DNA of 64,000 nt from Diplonema japonicum (Eukaryota; Protista; Euglenozoa: Diplonemea), in NCBI GenBank assembly GCA_964019335.1, contig OZ025658.1:372001-436000 (forward strand), given 5' to 3'. The notes below the pieces were generated by a model. That model was not told where the DNA came from, did not search any database, and saw nothing but the letters and a program-made list of their open reading frames with translations. Below, in pieces: positions 49,451 to 62,025 of the stretch. The translations under genes were made by a program, and so were the position numbers. Within the stretch, counting starts at the first letter, position 1; every line of letters starts with the position of its first letter.

Positions 49451-50029
49451 CTAGTAGGTACCCTTGCTGTTGATATGCTTGTAGTAGGCAGGGTCGTTGA
49501 GGACAGCACCGGCTGTGTACTCGTAAAGGTTGTCGAAGGGGTACTGTGGTGTGTGTAAGGTTGGGGGGGGGGGGGGGGGGGGTGTTGATATACCTTTCTG
49601 AAGTCGGAGAGCCTGACGTTGTTGAAATGGTCCTCGTCAGTTCTGAAGGTCTTGGCCAGCTTGCCCATGTACCACAAGTACCCGATTGCAAGCAAGAAGC
49701 ACCCACCGCACTGCAAGAGTGTGGTATATTTTCTACCCATTCTCTCGTGCTCGCCGCTCGCCCCGGGGTTGTAACTCACCCTAACCTGTTCCTGCCCGAA
49801 CCCTTGGGCCCTGTTTTTTTTTTTTTTTTCTTCTCTTCTTACCCCCCTTCAATCTTCTTGTCACATACATGTAGAGGTCATACTTCTCCGGCAGCTGCGT
49901 GTAGTTAGGTGCCTCCATCGGCAGCCAATACCACGGTGTCGTCACATCCATGTCAGCCTGTCCCCTGTACCTGAAACCCCGCGCCTGGCCCTTCAGGGCT
50001 GTCCGCACCACCATCGCCTGCTTGTTCAT
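49451..50029 (-). CDS. Small putative mitochondrial membrane protein, 156 aa (introns 49811-49868, 49544-49593)
   Basis: Presequence-like MNKQAMVVRTALKGQARGF and one hydrophobic segment (LLQCGGCFLLAIGYLWYM). Three exons join in frame to TAG at 49451. Confidence 0.75.
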
Positions 50030-50200
50030 TTTGAATGCCTGCCATGTTTTAAGAAGAGAGCAAAGGAGAAGAAGAAAAAGATCGCCTTGATGGCAAGAAA
50101 GGAGGGGAGGGGGGTGAATTGTGAGGCCAAAAGAATCGCAACCAGGGGCAGCCGAGAGCCATGTAAATAACTCCCCAGCACCGCTCATTGAAGAGGGTGG

Positions 50201-52168
50201 TCATCTCAGTCGGGAACGCTTTACAGCGACGGGGCCCCTGCGGAGGGGGTTGCCGAGCAGTTTTGTGACGGCGTCCGTAAGCACAGGAGCAGGAGCAGGA
50301 GCGGGAACAGAGTGTTGTGTTTCGTTGATAGTTTCTTTCGTCTTCGCTGTTGGCGGCTGGCTCACAGGCGGCGCTGTTGCAGGGGTTGGCTTAGGCACCG
50401 GTTTCTGCATGGGTGCAGGAACTGGTGTTGACCTGTCGGTGTCAGTGATTGCCGCTGCGGCAGTTTCCGGCGGCAGTTTTGCAGCCTGTGGTGTTATTGA
50501 CTTCTTTTTAAATTTCTTCTTCAAATTGCCTGCAGCTTCGTTCTTTGTTGTGTCAGTTGTGATGTTTCCAAAGGCACCCAAGGCAGCCTCAACTGCTTTC
50601 GCCCGCTCCGCTTGCATCTTTGCCTTCTTCCCCAACCACCTGGCCTCCTGCTCTGTCTTGGTTTTGACCATCCGTTCAAGGAAATTCTTCATCGCCGTTG
50701 GCAGCGAGGGCTGGAGGTTGAGCTTCCTCTCCACGTTTTTTATCTCTTCTTCCAGCTGCTTACGCGTTTTGCGCTCTCGTGTGCCATGTTCCCTTTGCTC
50801 GGTTTGTACAGTCGCGAGCTCCTTTGCGAGCCTTGCCTGCTCCATGAGAAGCCCTCGCTCAGCATCAAGCTGATCCTTCAAGGTCTGCAGTTCGCCCTGA
50901 AGACCGTCGCGTTCTGTGTGAAGCGCATCAATCTCAGTGCGGTAGACACACAGCTCCGTCTTAAATTCTTGCAGTTGCGTCTTGAACTTCTCAAGCTGCT
51001 TGAGCGTGCTGTCTAGCTTGATTGCGAAGTCGCTGTTACTGAGCATGGCAGCTGAAGCACACTCCACAACCCCAATTTCCTTGCTTGCCTTCCTCCGTCT
51101 GTTGTTCATGGTGAGACCCATGGACTCGATGAAGTGCAGCACCATCGCACGTAGGATGCGGTTTTGTTCTGCCTCTTGTCCAGCAATCGTGAGCTTCTCC
51201 TCCAGCGCAGCGAGCATGTTTTCTTTCACTATCATGCTGTCCTGCAGATCGGCGATCTGCTTCTTCATGTTCCCCGTCTCTTGTCTCTCTGCAAGGAGCT
51301 TTCCTGCAAATGCTGCCTCCTTCCGCTGCGCTGCTTGTTCCGATTCAAGCAGTGCTTTTTTCATTGCTGCCTCGCGTGCTTCCATACTTTGCAGCTTGGT
51401 CTCCAAGACGGCTATCTCTGTGGTGTGTGCTTCGTTCATGCCAGCGATCTCTTTGGTCAGTGAGGTGATCCTGGCGTCCAACGTGCGCAGCTCTTGCTCG
51501 ATGGTTGCTTTCTGTGCTTCGATGGCGGCGTACTCCTGGCAGAGTATGCTGTTCTGGTCTTGGAGCTTCGCCCTTTCGACAACGAAGTACGAGGACTGCT
51601 CTTCGAGGGAAACTATCTTTTTTTGCAGCTCGCGTTGGCTTTTGCGGAGCTCCTCAAGTTCCTTGATGCGCTGCTCTCTTAGGATGTCGGTAGGTGCTGC
51701 TGTGGAAAGTAGGGTGGAGTTAAGCTGCAGCGCACGGAGGGAAGACTGCAGATTGTCTCCCCGTTCCTGCTCCGCCTTGAGGAGTTGCTTGATCGACTCT
51801 GACTCAACGCAGTGCTCTATCGAGATGCGAAGTTCTGCCTGCAGCGCAGCGATGCGAGCTTCGTACAGCCGGATGAGGTCCTGGAACCACTCCCTCCCCG
51901 TAGCCTGCTTCATGTCAAGGGCTTCCATACAATCTATTACCTTTTCGGGCAGTTTTGGCAGTTTTTCAGAAACTCTTTTCAACACTGCCAAGCATTCCTC
52001 TGCACCTTCTCCTTCCCTTCGTTTCTCCTCTTCTTCCCTCCTTTCCCATTCATCCACCAAGGATCTCTCTTTTATTCCTCTGAATTTTCTCACGGGCGCT
52101 AGCAGCCTTGGCGTTGGTCTTAGCCCTCGCATTCCATTACTTTCTAGCACGCTGCGTACGTCGAGCAT
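50201..52168 (-). CDS. Coiled-coil protein, 655 aa
   Basis: Long ORF with heptad E/K/L/Q content and a Pro/Thr-rich tail. Confidence 0.8.
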   Translation of the reverse strand: MLDVRSVLESNGMRGLRPTPRLLAPVRKFRGIKERSLVDEWERREEEEKRREGEGAEECLAVLKRVSEKLPKLPEKVIDCMEALDMKQATGREWFQDLIRLYEARIAALQAELRISIEHCVESESIKQLLKAEQERGDNLQSSLRALQLNSTLLSTAAPTDILREQRIKELEELRKSQRELQKKIVSLEEQSSYFVVERAKLQDQNSILCQEYAAIEAQKATIEQELRTLDARITSLTKEIAGMNEAHTTEIAVLETKLQSMEAREAAMKKALLESEQAAQRKEAAFAGKLLAERQETGNMKKQIADLQDSMIVKENMLAALEEKLTIAGQEAEQNRILRAMVLHFIESMGLTMNNRRRKASKEIGVVECASAAMLSNSDFAIKLDSTLKQLEKFKTQLQEFKTELCVYRTEIDALHTERDGLQGELQTLKDQLDAERGLLMEQARLAKELATVQTEQREHGTRERKTRKQLEEEIKNVERKLNLQPSLPTAMKNFLERMVKTKTEQEARWLGKKAKMQAERAKAVEAALGAFGNITTDTTKNEAAGNLKKKFKKKSITPQAAKLPPETAAAAITDTDRSTPVPAPMQKPVPKPTPATAPPVSQPPTAKTKETINETQHSVPAPAPAPVLTDAVTKLLGNPLRRGPVAVKRSRLR

Positions 52169-52581
52169 CTATACTGTGATGGTGGCATGGTTTAGGAGGA
52201 CAAAAGAAACAATGCGAATCTTTCTATACTATTAACTTAAAGAATCCTTAAACAAACGAAAATCTACAAAAGAGAAGAAGACGCCTAACGACTACAGATA
52301 ATTTGACAATAGAAAAGAACGAGGTCGAGGGGGGAAGGGGGTTGTGTTGTGGGGTGCATAAAAAAGGTTTGTTGTCACCTTTTCTTGCAATTGCACTCCC
52401 TCTCTTTTTCTTTTTCCTTCGTTCCTTTCTCCCCCCCCCCCCCCCCCCTTCTCCTTGCTAAAAAAGTTCTCCTTCTTTTTTGTAACATGGGGGAGGGAGG
52501 GGGGATGACATCTCTTGTGTTTGGTTCATAAAGGATAACATAATAAAAAAAAATCTCTATTTGGTAAGCAAAGAAAAAGAA

Positions 52582-53474
52582 AAATAGTTTTATTTAACTC
52601 CACCAAAATTTTCATGGGTGGGAGTGAAAATAAGAATTCACTTTATTTCACTCCTGACTTTATTTTCACGCTCCGGCTGGGTCTAAAAGAAATTAGGCCC
52701 AGGAGTGAAAAAATTCTGATAGCGTTAAAATAAGAAATATTATTTCACTCCTGGGCCTAATTTAAGCAAAACCCTCCAAAAAGTCCTACCAAGGTTCCTT
52801 TGGGATGGGCAAGAACCCGACTGCACAAGAGGCGGACGCAGCAGGGTTCACCCCCTTCCAAGAGTCATACGAAAAGGAGTGGGCACGCTTTTGTGTGTTT
52901 CATAATTATAGGAAGGAAAAGAAGGGCCCGTCCGAAAGAAGAGGATTCTATTCTATATTTCAGCGACATGAACAAGCAAAGCCTGCTGCCAGTTCAGTCC
53001 GGGCGGCTCAAGGCTAAACTCGGTTGTGAAGAGGAAGTACAACAAGCAGTTGCAAGACCACCCCCGACTAAAGGTCCCCCTCAAGAGGTTCCAAGAAGGC
53101 AAGTCAACAAAAAAGGCGAAAATCTTTGCCCAAAAGCAAATAACAGAATTCTTTAGCACCGAGGTATGGCATCGTCCGCCACGCTTATGCAGCGTTGATG
53201 TTCGCAGGAAACATGTGCACTACCGAGGCACATATCCGACACCTGTTGTAATTGGTACCACCTGTACCTCCCACCCACTCAAATTTTGCTGTCGTTAAAT
53301 AAAATATCGTATTTGTGAATATAAGATTGATGATTTCACTTGTGGTGGCAGTTTTGACTCGTTAAACGTTATAACACTCGCTTCGCTCGTGATATAACCG
53401 TCTTACTTCACTCGTCAAAACCACTGCCACCACGCGTGAAATCATAGGATCTTATATTCACTAAATAAATAGTT
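52582..53474 (+). mobile_element. Crypton-like (tyrosine-recombinase) DNA transposon relic, internally deleted
   Basis: Frameshifted plus-strand fragments SYEKEWARFCVF...EEDSILYFSDM...RLKA...YNKQLQDHPRLKVPLKRFQEGKSTKKAKIFAQKQITEFF resemble the N-terminal SAM-like domain of eukaryotic YRs. Perfect 21-bp IR at 52690-52710 and 52743-52763; ~155-bp palindrome at 53311-53466; aaatagtt direct repeat at both putative ends. Confidence 0.65.
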
Positions 53475-53516
53475 ATTTTTTAAGGTGGAAACGATGTTCC
53501 ACAAAGAAGAAGAGGC

Positions 53517-54966
53517 TCACAACAAAGAAGGCAGGGCAGAAGGAGCAGCACCCAACAAGGGTGACAAATGCTGCAAAGGATTTGGACGAGGAGAGGGAGG
53601 CAACGAACCGCTAGTTCGCCGAGGAGACGAAGGCGGCTGGATAGTGATACCTTCATCGAGACCATCAGGAGTATCCGGCTCGGGGGTGTAGAGTCGCTGA
53701 CTCCGTCGATCCTCTGCGTGCATCGGGGTAGCTTCTGGGTTTTCATGCCGGCTTGGCCTGCCTACGGAATGGCGTTCACCCGTTTTTGTACAAAACATGT
53801 GAACTTTGATATTAAACCCACACTCCGAGCATAGCTTCTGCCCACCATGCTTCAGCCCAGTCTGTGGGCAAAAACTGTACCCCTTAAACGGCAAATTGCA
53901 ATCCTCACAAGTGGAAACCCCTTTGTCACTCGCGATGAGCTCCTCGTCTAGTTTAGTGACAAACGTCTCATATTTCTTGAAATCGTTGTCCTTCGTCACG
54001 ACGCCCAGCTTCGGCGTGTACACAAACAAGAACATCGATAAGCCCAGCAAGCACAGTGCCTGACTCACTACGAATAAAAACGTCGACGTTGGTGAACCAT
54101 GCGTGATGGCGAACTTCGCCCCCACCAAGATACAGCCATTCACAATAAGAGCCACCGTCCCCAACCACATGAAGACATGGGTTAGTTTATAGACCGGCTT
54201 GCAAAACTTTTCAAAATATTCTTTAAAAGTGTACTTGCTCAAACCCTTGCCCGACCCGTACAGAGCGTTGGGGTCTGATATCACATACTTCGTGATCCTG
54301 CTCTGCAGGTTCATCGCGAAGGAGACAGAGAATATCAAGCATGCCAACGCCACGCTGAGCGTCAGGCTGAACGCCACAACAAGTGTCTCTCCGCTACCCT
54401 CAGGGAGGTTCCCTTCGATGAGGACCGTGAAGCAACACCCGAACATCAGCGTGTCTACGATCATGATGGCCTGCGCACGTTGGCTTTCCTGCACCAAGGT
54501 GTCTCGGATGTTCTCCTTTCGACTGACGTTCTGGGCGTGGTCCAGTTCTTGGCGGAAGAGGCGCAACGTGTATTTCATGTTGTCCAGGTGCAGATGCCGT
54601 TGGACCCATAATGAGATGTGGTGGAGACGGCTGTGATGATTTTTTTTTCTCTTTTTTTTTTTTAAATCGTGTTTCTTTCTTAACATACTTTGTCAACGCA
54701 CGATCGCTCTTGTACAAGTCCCACGAAAACCGATGTTCCTTGTCATGGATCTCTTGCGCTTGTCGAATTGTCTCCCTGTGCAATTCGTTCCCCACCTTTA
54801 GCTCCTTGCCCGACAGCTCTACAGTCTTTTCAATCTCTTTGTCGTGCAGCTCCTGCTCCTGCCCCATGGACTGCCTGTGATGTATCTCACTCTGCACGGC
54901 CTGCACTATCATTGCCACTGGCTCCACCGCATCCATGGCGCCCAAGGTCGCCCTCAGCCATGCCAT
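53517..54966 (-). CDS. Four-TM membrane protein with His/Glu-rich coiled N-terminus and C-terminal Cys motifs; Orai-like topology (intron 54631-54688)
   Basis: Spliced 463 aa; TM1 QRAQAIMIVDTLMFGCCFTVLIEG ends in Glu; three further TMs; tandem CxxC...FCPQTG / FCTKTG motifs. Confidence 0.75.
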
Positions 54967-55271
54967 CCTTCTGCCCTTCCTACACGGCTTCCCCCCTCTT
55001 TTATAGCTTATGTACAAGGCGGGGAAAAAAGGAGGGCAAAATAAGTACGAATATGCGTGAGGCCGGAAGAAATATATGAAAGAAAAATGGAGCAGAATAT
55101 AAAAGAAGAACAAGAAATCCCTTGATCGCAGGTTGCTAAGTACATTGAGGGGAGGAAGAAACGCCGTCGCGTAAGGAGACAGCTTGTTGTTCCATGCCGC
55201 TGTGGCAACAGGGCAGTGGAGGGTGACAAAGAATTACGAGATAACGAAGTGTATATGTACACAAGATGTGA

Positions 55272-57119
55272 TCACACGTTGTCGCCAGTTTCTGACTTTG
55301 GCGACTCGACAGCTTGCGGGATGTCTTCAGAGGGGATGCTGCCAGTGCAGGAACGCGACTCGTACAGGTGGATGGGGATGCAGGAGGATTTGCGGAGGGA
55401 CCCCTCACCCATGAAACCGAGGTGGTTGTTCATTCGTGGAGGGCATCTAAACGACGAGCCGATGCCTTCTGACGAAGAAGCCGTGTCAAAGTCTCTGTCA
55501 GAAAAAACCAGGACCTTCACAAACCACACAAAAGTCGGAACCAAGGGCAATACGAGTATCAGCCATGACGTGGTGCGCCCTTCGTGGATGTCGCTCACCA
55601 CGGACACCAGCACCACACCGCAGATCAGCAATGGGCTCACTAATGTCATCACTTTCCACACCAGCACTTCCCTGTACGTGAAGCACAGCGTCCTCTCCAG
55701 TGTAGCCAGATCATGGTTCAGCACGTATTCCATCAACAGCAAAATTGGTAGAAGCTGTGCTGATGTGTGATGGTAGAAGGCGTTCAGCAGGCTGCTGTCA
55801 GATGTGAAGATGAAAGCCACAGAGCCCATCAGCATCAACACCGTAAGAAACAATCCTCTCACGCCCTTCCCGAACGGCCTGCACACCGACATCATGCTGC
55901 TGTCGATGACAGAGAGGACGCCTTCGTACAGCACCACCACACACCCCACGCCGGACAGCACGAGTGACCCGAACAGCATGAACCCCACAGCATGCCGCCC
56001 GGTGCCCATCTCCTTCAGCAGCCCACACAGACCCACGAACGCCACACCCAACCCTGCGCTCTCGATATTTTTGTCTTTTTCTATCAAATGTCCCAGACCA
56101 CCACCCACCACCACAGCGCACAATGTGGTGAAGGACACATTCAGCGCAATGACTTTGAAGAAAGCCTTGTATGCTGTGTGATATGTTGTGTTGTTTATTG
56201 CACCCACACCTGTCCTTCCATCTTCAAGAGAGCGTGAGAAGGTGATCAAATTGCCGGATCCAGGAGCACCAATAGACACAAGCGCCTGCAACGCGTGTCA
56301 TATATTGCAAGGACATACCTGGCCAACAGCTAGCCCCCAGAGACTGGTATCGAAGAGGCTCGCGTCCGCACGAAACAGGTGCTCGATACCTTGGATGCCA
56401 CTAGAAAGGGTAGTGGAACGGATTGTGAGCGTGACGAGGAGGGCGAGGGGGAAAGGGAGGAGGTAGCACAGTGCTTTGGGAAAGAGGGAGAAGTAATGCG
56501 TAATGTACAGGAGGAGGAACGTGGTTGGGACAGCGGCAAGGAGGTACCCGTTGAGAGGGGACGAGGTCGGGGAGGCGACCTTGGACCAAAATTCGAGCGG
56601 CTCGTCTTCCCACTGCGAGTCGCTGGTACACAGCACCACGAGGTACACACCGCTGTATCCGATCAGCACGGTGAAAAGCACAGCAAGGATGACACAGGCA
56701 AGACATGCACTGACGCCGACCCCAGTCCACCGCGTGTGCATGGCACGGAAGGCCTCGACTGTGCTCTGCTTGGTGCACATGCCAAGAGAAGTCTCGAGGA
56801 TCGCACCAGGAAGACCGATAACAAGAAGCCCAAGTATATAAGTCAGCAGGTAGACGACCCCATGGCGCAGCATGCCGTATGGCGCAAGCACGACGTTGAT
56901 GAAACTAGCAGCGTACAGCAGCAGGTGTACATCTTTATTAACTACTTTATCCTTCACAGAGTGCCCCATGTTGTTGCTGGAAGGGACATGCCATGCCATG
57001 GCTTCTAAGTTATCACAGCTGTCCTTCTCGTCCTCCTCATCTTCCTCTTCTTCCTCTACTTCATGTTCTGTTCTGATGAAGCAATCTTCGACTTCTTCAA
57101 CAAGCCGCCTTAGCGGCAT
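55272..57119 (-). CDS. SLC6/NSS sodium:solute symporter-like transporter (introns 56286-56318, probably 56174-56209)
   Basis: PY...HG..YLLTYILGLLVIGLPGAILETSLG, RWTGVG and WGLAVGQALVSIG..SGNLITFS are NSS-family motifs. Confidence 0.8.
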
Positions 57120-57740
57120 ATTTCTCCTGTTCCTCCCCGGTACCACGATTTCCGAGAACTTCCGAATTGTAGAAAGGGGAGAAAAAAAAAAGGTTGGTGT
57201 AGGTGTAAAGGGGAAACGAGTGGGCTGTAGATAAGATAGCACTCTTATTTACAGGAAAAGCTGTATGTGGTTTGTGTGAATAGCATGTGGGGGGGGGGGG
57301 GGGGGGGGAGGAAAAATGCTCTAAAAAAAAAGGAAATCGGGCGGCACAGGAAAGGGGGAATCAAACGAGGAGGGGGGGAGGCGGGGAACTTTCGTTAAGT
57401 ACATCCCGTCACACTCTATGAGGGGGGAAGCTTGCTGTTAAGGAGACGGAGTAGTCAAAGGGGGACCTTTTCTTAAAGGATCTAAAAAAGGAGACAAGAA
57501 AAAGAGAAAAAGAGTGAGTAGGTGGGCATCTCCGCTGCCGAAAAGCTATATTTAAATTCAAGATTCTCTGACATGCTCAAAAAAGAGTGAGGTTCGACAG
57601 ACAAGACTGTGGACAGGGGCTCTGACGGGATAAGAAACAAGGGGGGGGGGGGGGGTGAAAAACAACAATGTTAAATTACAATTTTTTTTCCCTTCAGTTG
57701 TATCTAATTTCTTTGTTCCATTCGTTTATTCGTTGCAGAT

Positions 57741-60700
57741 CTAAACCAGTGGGGGAACTGAAATGCTCAGCTGGATTGTGCCTGTCGCACCCTGGCCTTG
57801 CAAGGGGTACCTGATTTTTTATTTTATTTTATATGTTGCCCTGTTATCTCCCTTTATCTATACCAGTTGATACTAGGCGGGCCCCCTGGGGTGAGGGTCT
57901 GGAGGAACTCGGTCAAAGAGAGTAGGATCTCGCCCATTTCATCTTGGCTGAAGAGGTCCTTGTCGAAGCACTTCAAGAACAAATAGTCTGACTGTGTGAC
58001 TGCGGGGTACTTGATAGCTTCCCCCCATGTAGGGTCTGCTGTGTCGGGCACGTACCTAGTGCGCCTTAAGGTTCCTGACAGTGACAGCCATTCGTTTGCC
58101 TCGTTCATCTGCACCAGTTTGATCTCGCAGTAGGGTGCAGGCCTGTCGTGGACATTAAGCCCTTTCCCCGAAACCACCACCACTTCAAGGGGAAAGCTCC
58201 CTTCAGCCCTGATAGGCAGTGGCACCGGCTTTGTCACCCCTTTCCTCACCATAACGGCGCAGCCCTCCTCTGTCCCTACCCCGTTACGCTGGAACCTCAC
58301 TGCGCCCCCTGCACCGCTCGCTACCAACCCGTTCCGCACCACCTGGTAGGTCCTCGACCCCTGCACGGGAACAACTCCTTTTGTCCCAAAGCTGCTTAGC
58401 GCTTGTGGCATGTTCTTCATAGCGCCCCCCTTCGTGCGCTGCACGAACTTCACGCTCAACCTGCTCGCGTCCTGCACCTTGAGCGACAGCACAAACCCCT
58501 TGTCCACTTGGTGGTAGCACTGTGGGATGATGTACGTGTTGCCCTTCCTCAAAGTCGCCACTGCGGCAACCTCCGCACCTGCCATATAAACACCATCATT
58601 GGCCATTGCTACGATCCCGAAAGTCTCGTCTTTCTTTTGATGCACGACACCCACCGAAATACCTGCGCAGTGCCTATCGGCGTCGGTAACGGGCAGCCCT
58701 TCCGGTTCCTTCTGGTGCAAGGACACCCCCATCTCACATGGGTGCCCGTCGTACATGATGTGCACAATGGTGTCTGCTACGCCACCCTCGAAGTAGCCTG
58801 CCACGTTGACGAGAGTCGCGTCGCGCCACTGTGTGTCGTACGTTGTGATGCACGCGAAGACTTTAACTAAATCGTAGATGGAGATCCACTGCGTGCCGTC
58901 TGAGGGGTCAAGCCTGCACTCGACACTCACTTCAGGTGTCCAGATCGTTGACATTGGGGACCAGTCGCCCGTCCACTTTCCTATGCTGAGGGGCTTGATT
59001 TTGATGAGCTTGATGCCACCCGCCACCACCTTAGCTGTCAGAACAGCAAAGTTCGTACCCCCAACAAGTCCTGTTTCGCTGTGCACGTCGTTGCGTGTCG
59101 TCACCTGTGCCAAACACTTTCTGTCTAGCGCCTTCGCAACAACACCCCAAGCAACCTCCTCCATCCCCACGTTTGTGTTGAATGTGCTGCTGCTGCAGCC
59201 CGTGATGTTCCCAAACACGGTGCAGGTGTCGCATTCCCTGAGAGCGCTGTAACTACCTTTCATCTTTGCGAGTGCCTTCTCTACAACACTGGGCCATTTC
59301 TGCTCGATGCCCACGTTACTGTGCGCGTACATGGGCTCCCCCGACACGTTCACGGGGAAGTAATTGTCCACAGTCACAGTCTGCCACCATCCGGACTGTC
59401 GCAGCAACGCCTTGTATCCGTCGGTAGACCTGTATGTGGTGTGTTGTTTAGTTCTTTATCCTCATACGTTGCAACAACCGCTTTTTTCACAGCATCCGGG
59501 ATGAGTAGCGACACTAAACACAGAGCCTCAATGCAGGCCCTGCTTGTGAGGCTTCCGGCAACGATGTCCGGTGTGACCTCCTTCACAAGTGTCGTTCCGA
59601 CACGGCGCCAGGCCCAGACATCCTTCTGGATATCTGTCTCTTGCCACAACTTGTTGATGCTGATAGGGAGGGGAGGGAAGCTCAGATCAACGAACTTAAC
59701 GCCGTTCCTCTGGCACAGCGAATCAAGCTCGGCTGCAGTTATCTTCTTCAGGTCGCCGTTGCTGATCAGCTGTCTGATGGCTTGAATCTCCTGTCGCGTC
59801 TCTGGTTGCAGGGGACGGGGCTGGTTTTCCGAGTGCTCTAAAGGTCCATAGCTCAAGGACATTTTACTGGCAGATGTGCACCCCTCCACGAATGGCTTAG
59901 ATTCACCAGGGTAGACAGAAACTCCGTAGTCGTTGGGACCCTTTGTTGAGGTGTCTTTGTGCGCTGCGTACATAGGGGTGCCGCTGTCTGCAAATGTGTA
60001 CCGCAGGTTGAACTGCGTGTCGTGCAGCCCGTTGTAAAAGCTGAGGCAGTTCCCACCCTTGAGGGACTGCGTGGTCACAACCCACAGTCCGTGCGTCAGT
60101 TCTTTCCTTTCGCCTGTAAGCACGTTCGGTGAGATGCCTGCGTCAATGGCCAGGTCGATGTCTGTGTTGATGGAGGCGAGGCAGGTGTGCGTCGTGTGTA
60201 CAGTACGCTTCCTCTGCTGGAGTAACTGCTTCCACAGCGCAAGGTCTGGGTGCGGGTCATGTGCACCAAAAGTTACTAGCGTGGGTGAGGGTTCCGTCAG
60301 GCTTGCCTCTTCTGTTTCACGCGGTCGCGTTGTCCTTTTGGCAAAACCTTTGGAGGCGCTCCTCAAAGGCGGTTGGGCGTTCTGTTCCGGCGTTCTGCTC
60401 CTCGAAGGCCTCCTCCTTTCGGCACTGCGGCTGGCACTCGGGGCTCTTGTGCCTCTGTCAGGTGTTTTGCTCCTCTCGTGTCGCGAATTGCTTTCTTTCT
60501 TCGTCATCTGCGAACTGACACTCCTTTGTTCACTCCTTGGCTGGGAGGCGGGCGTGCTTGCTGGCTGTGCTTGTGGGGCCTGCGGTGTCTGTGTAGGCGT
60601 TGGTGGCGCACCTTCTCCCGCCACCCCATATCGCAAGAGCAATGCCGCTTTCTGCTGGGCATATTCCTGGCGTCGCAGCGACAGCTGTTGTTGCGTCTCG

Positions 60701-62025
60701 GTGAGTTCGTTCTCAAGCGCCATATTCTTTGCGGTCAACACGCTGATCTCTCTGTTCTTGTTGCTCAGCTGCTCTTCTTTCTGTGCTAACTGTTCTCGCA
60801 ACCAGAATAACTCTGCACTGTCTGTGTCTTCTCTCACGACATGCTGCTGGGGCGTGCTTGGAGCATCGGACTTAACAGGCGGTGACATGGCAATGCTCTT
60901 GCTGGGGGACTGGGAGCCAACCCGTGGCTCAGCCCCGTAGGAGGACTTGAATAGAACACCACTGGGTGACTCAATTGCCGCGGCAGCCGTTTGTGAGCTG
61001 TGCGACAAAGGCGGTGTGTCCGGGGCGGCGATGGGGGTGCTTGTCGGCAAAGCTGATGCAAGCGGTGCGACTCCTACGGGGTTAACCACGGCAGCGGAGA
61101 TATTAAGCTGGCTGGCGGAAGTTACTTGTGTTGCAACCACCTCAGGAACCTCGACAGTTGCGGTGCTGGCTTGAGGTGATGTTGCAACAAGAAAGCTATA
61201 TTCCGACTTGCTCGGAGCAGGGATACTGGCAGGAGAAGCAACAGGTGCAGCTTGAGGAAGTGCGGACATGTATGCCGTCGCGGACACGGGTGCCACGACT
61301 GGTGTAGGGACGGGTACGGGCACTGAAACAGATGTCGTAGGCATTGAAGCAGGGATGGGCACTGGGGCGGGGGCTGGAGTCGGTGCCGGGGTTCCAGAAG
61401 GTGTCGGGAGGGGTTTAGGAAGGGCGGAGGGTTCGGGAGTGCAAGCGGCGCGTGTGTCATCCGGCTGTGTGACGGAGGAGTAGTAGCGAGGCGGCGAGAA
61501 GGAGACGGGAAGCTGTGAGGCGCTGGTGCTTCTGCTGATGGCAGGCAGGTCACCGAAGCTGTTGATGGAAGCAGGAGTGCCGCCTCTGGGTTCTGGAAGC
61601 GACGAGGGAAACAACGAAGTTGTTGACATCAAGGTGCTGGAGTAGTCCTGCGTGGCGGGCTTGTAGGTAGTTGAAGGCGCAGCGGCACGGGGGGGGCTCG
61701 GCGTGTTCGGAGACGGTTCAGAAGCCTTTGAGAACTTCGGCGGCAAACACCCGCCACTGGCCTGCGAGGCGGCAGTTGCGGCCGATGCTGTGTCCCCTTC
61801 CTTCTCCCGCTGCGTTGTGGAGGTGCTGTAACTAGGCAGCGTCGGCGGTGTCACGGGCTGCCCCATCCCTGCAATAGACCCCATATCGCCTCCGTACCCG
61901 AACCCCATGCTTGTGGGGCTGGGGCTAGCGTTGAGGTGCATCTGTAGCACCTCTCGGCTTTTGAACACCTCCTGCTTCGCCCTCTCAATTGCATCAAAGA
62001 GCCTGTCACTGGTATCCTGAGACAT
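57741..62025 (-). CDS. Calpain-like protein (low-complexity N-terminus, coiled coil, DUF1935-like, CysPc, C2), probably non-catalytic (introns 59430-59467, 57811-57863)
   Basis: SFYN...YTF...VSVYPGESKPFVEG (DUF1935-like), KFVDLSFPP, GWWQTVTVDNYFP, WPSVVEKALAKMKGSY; C2 motifs PYCEI, DPTWGE, FDKDLFSQDEMG. Spliced ~1397 aa. Confidence 0.85.
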
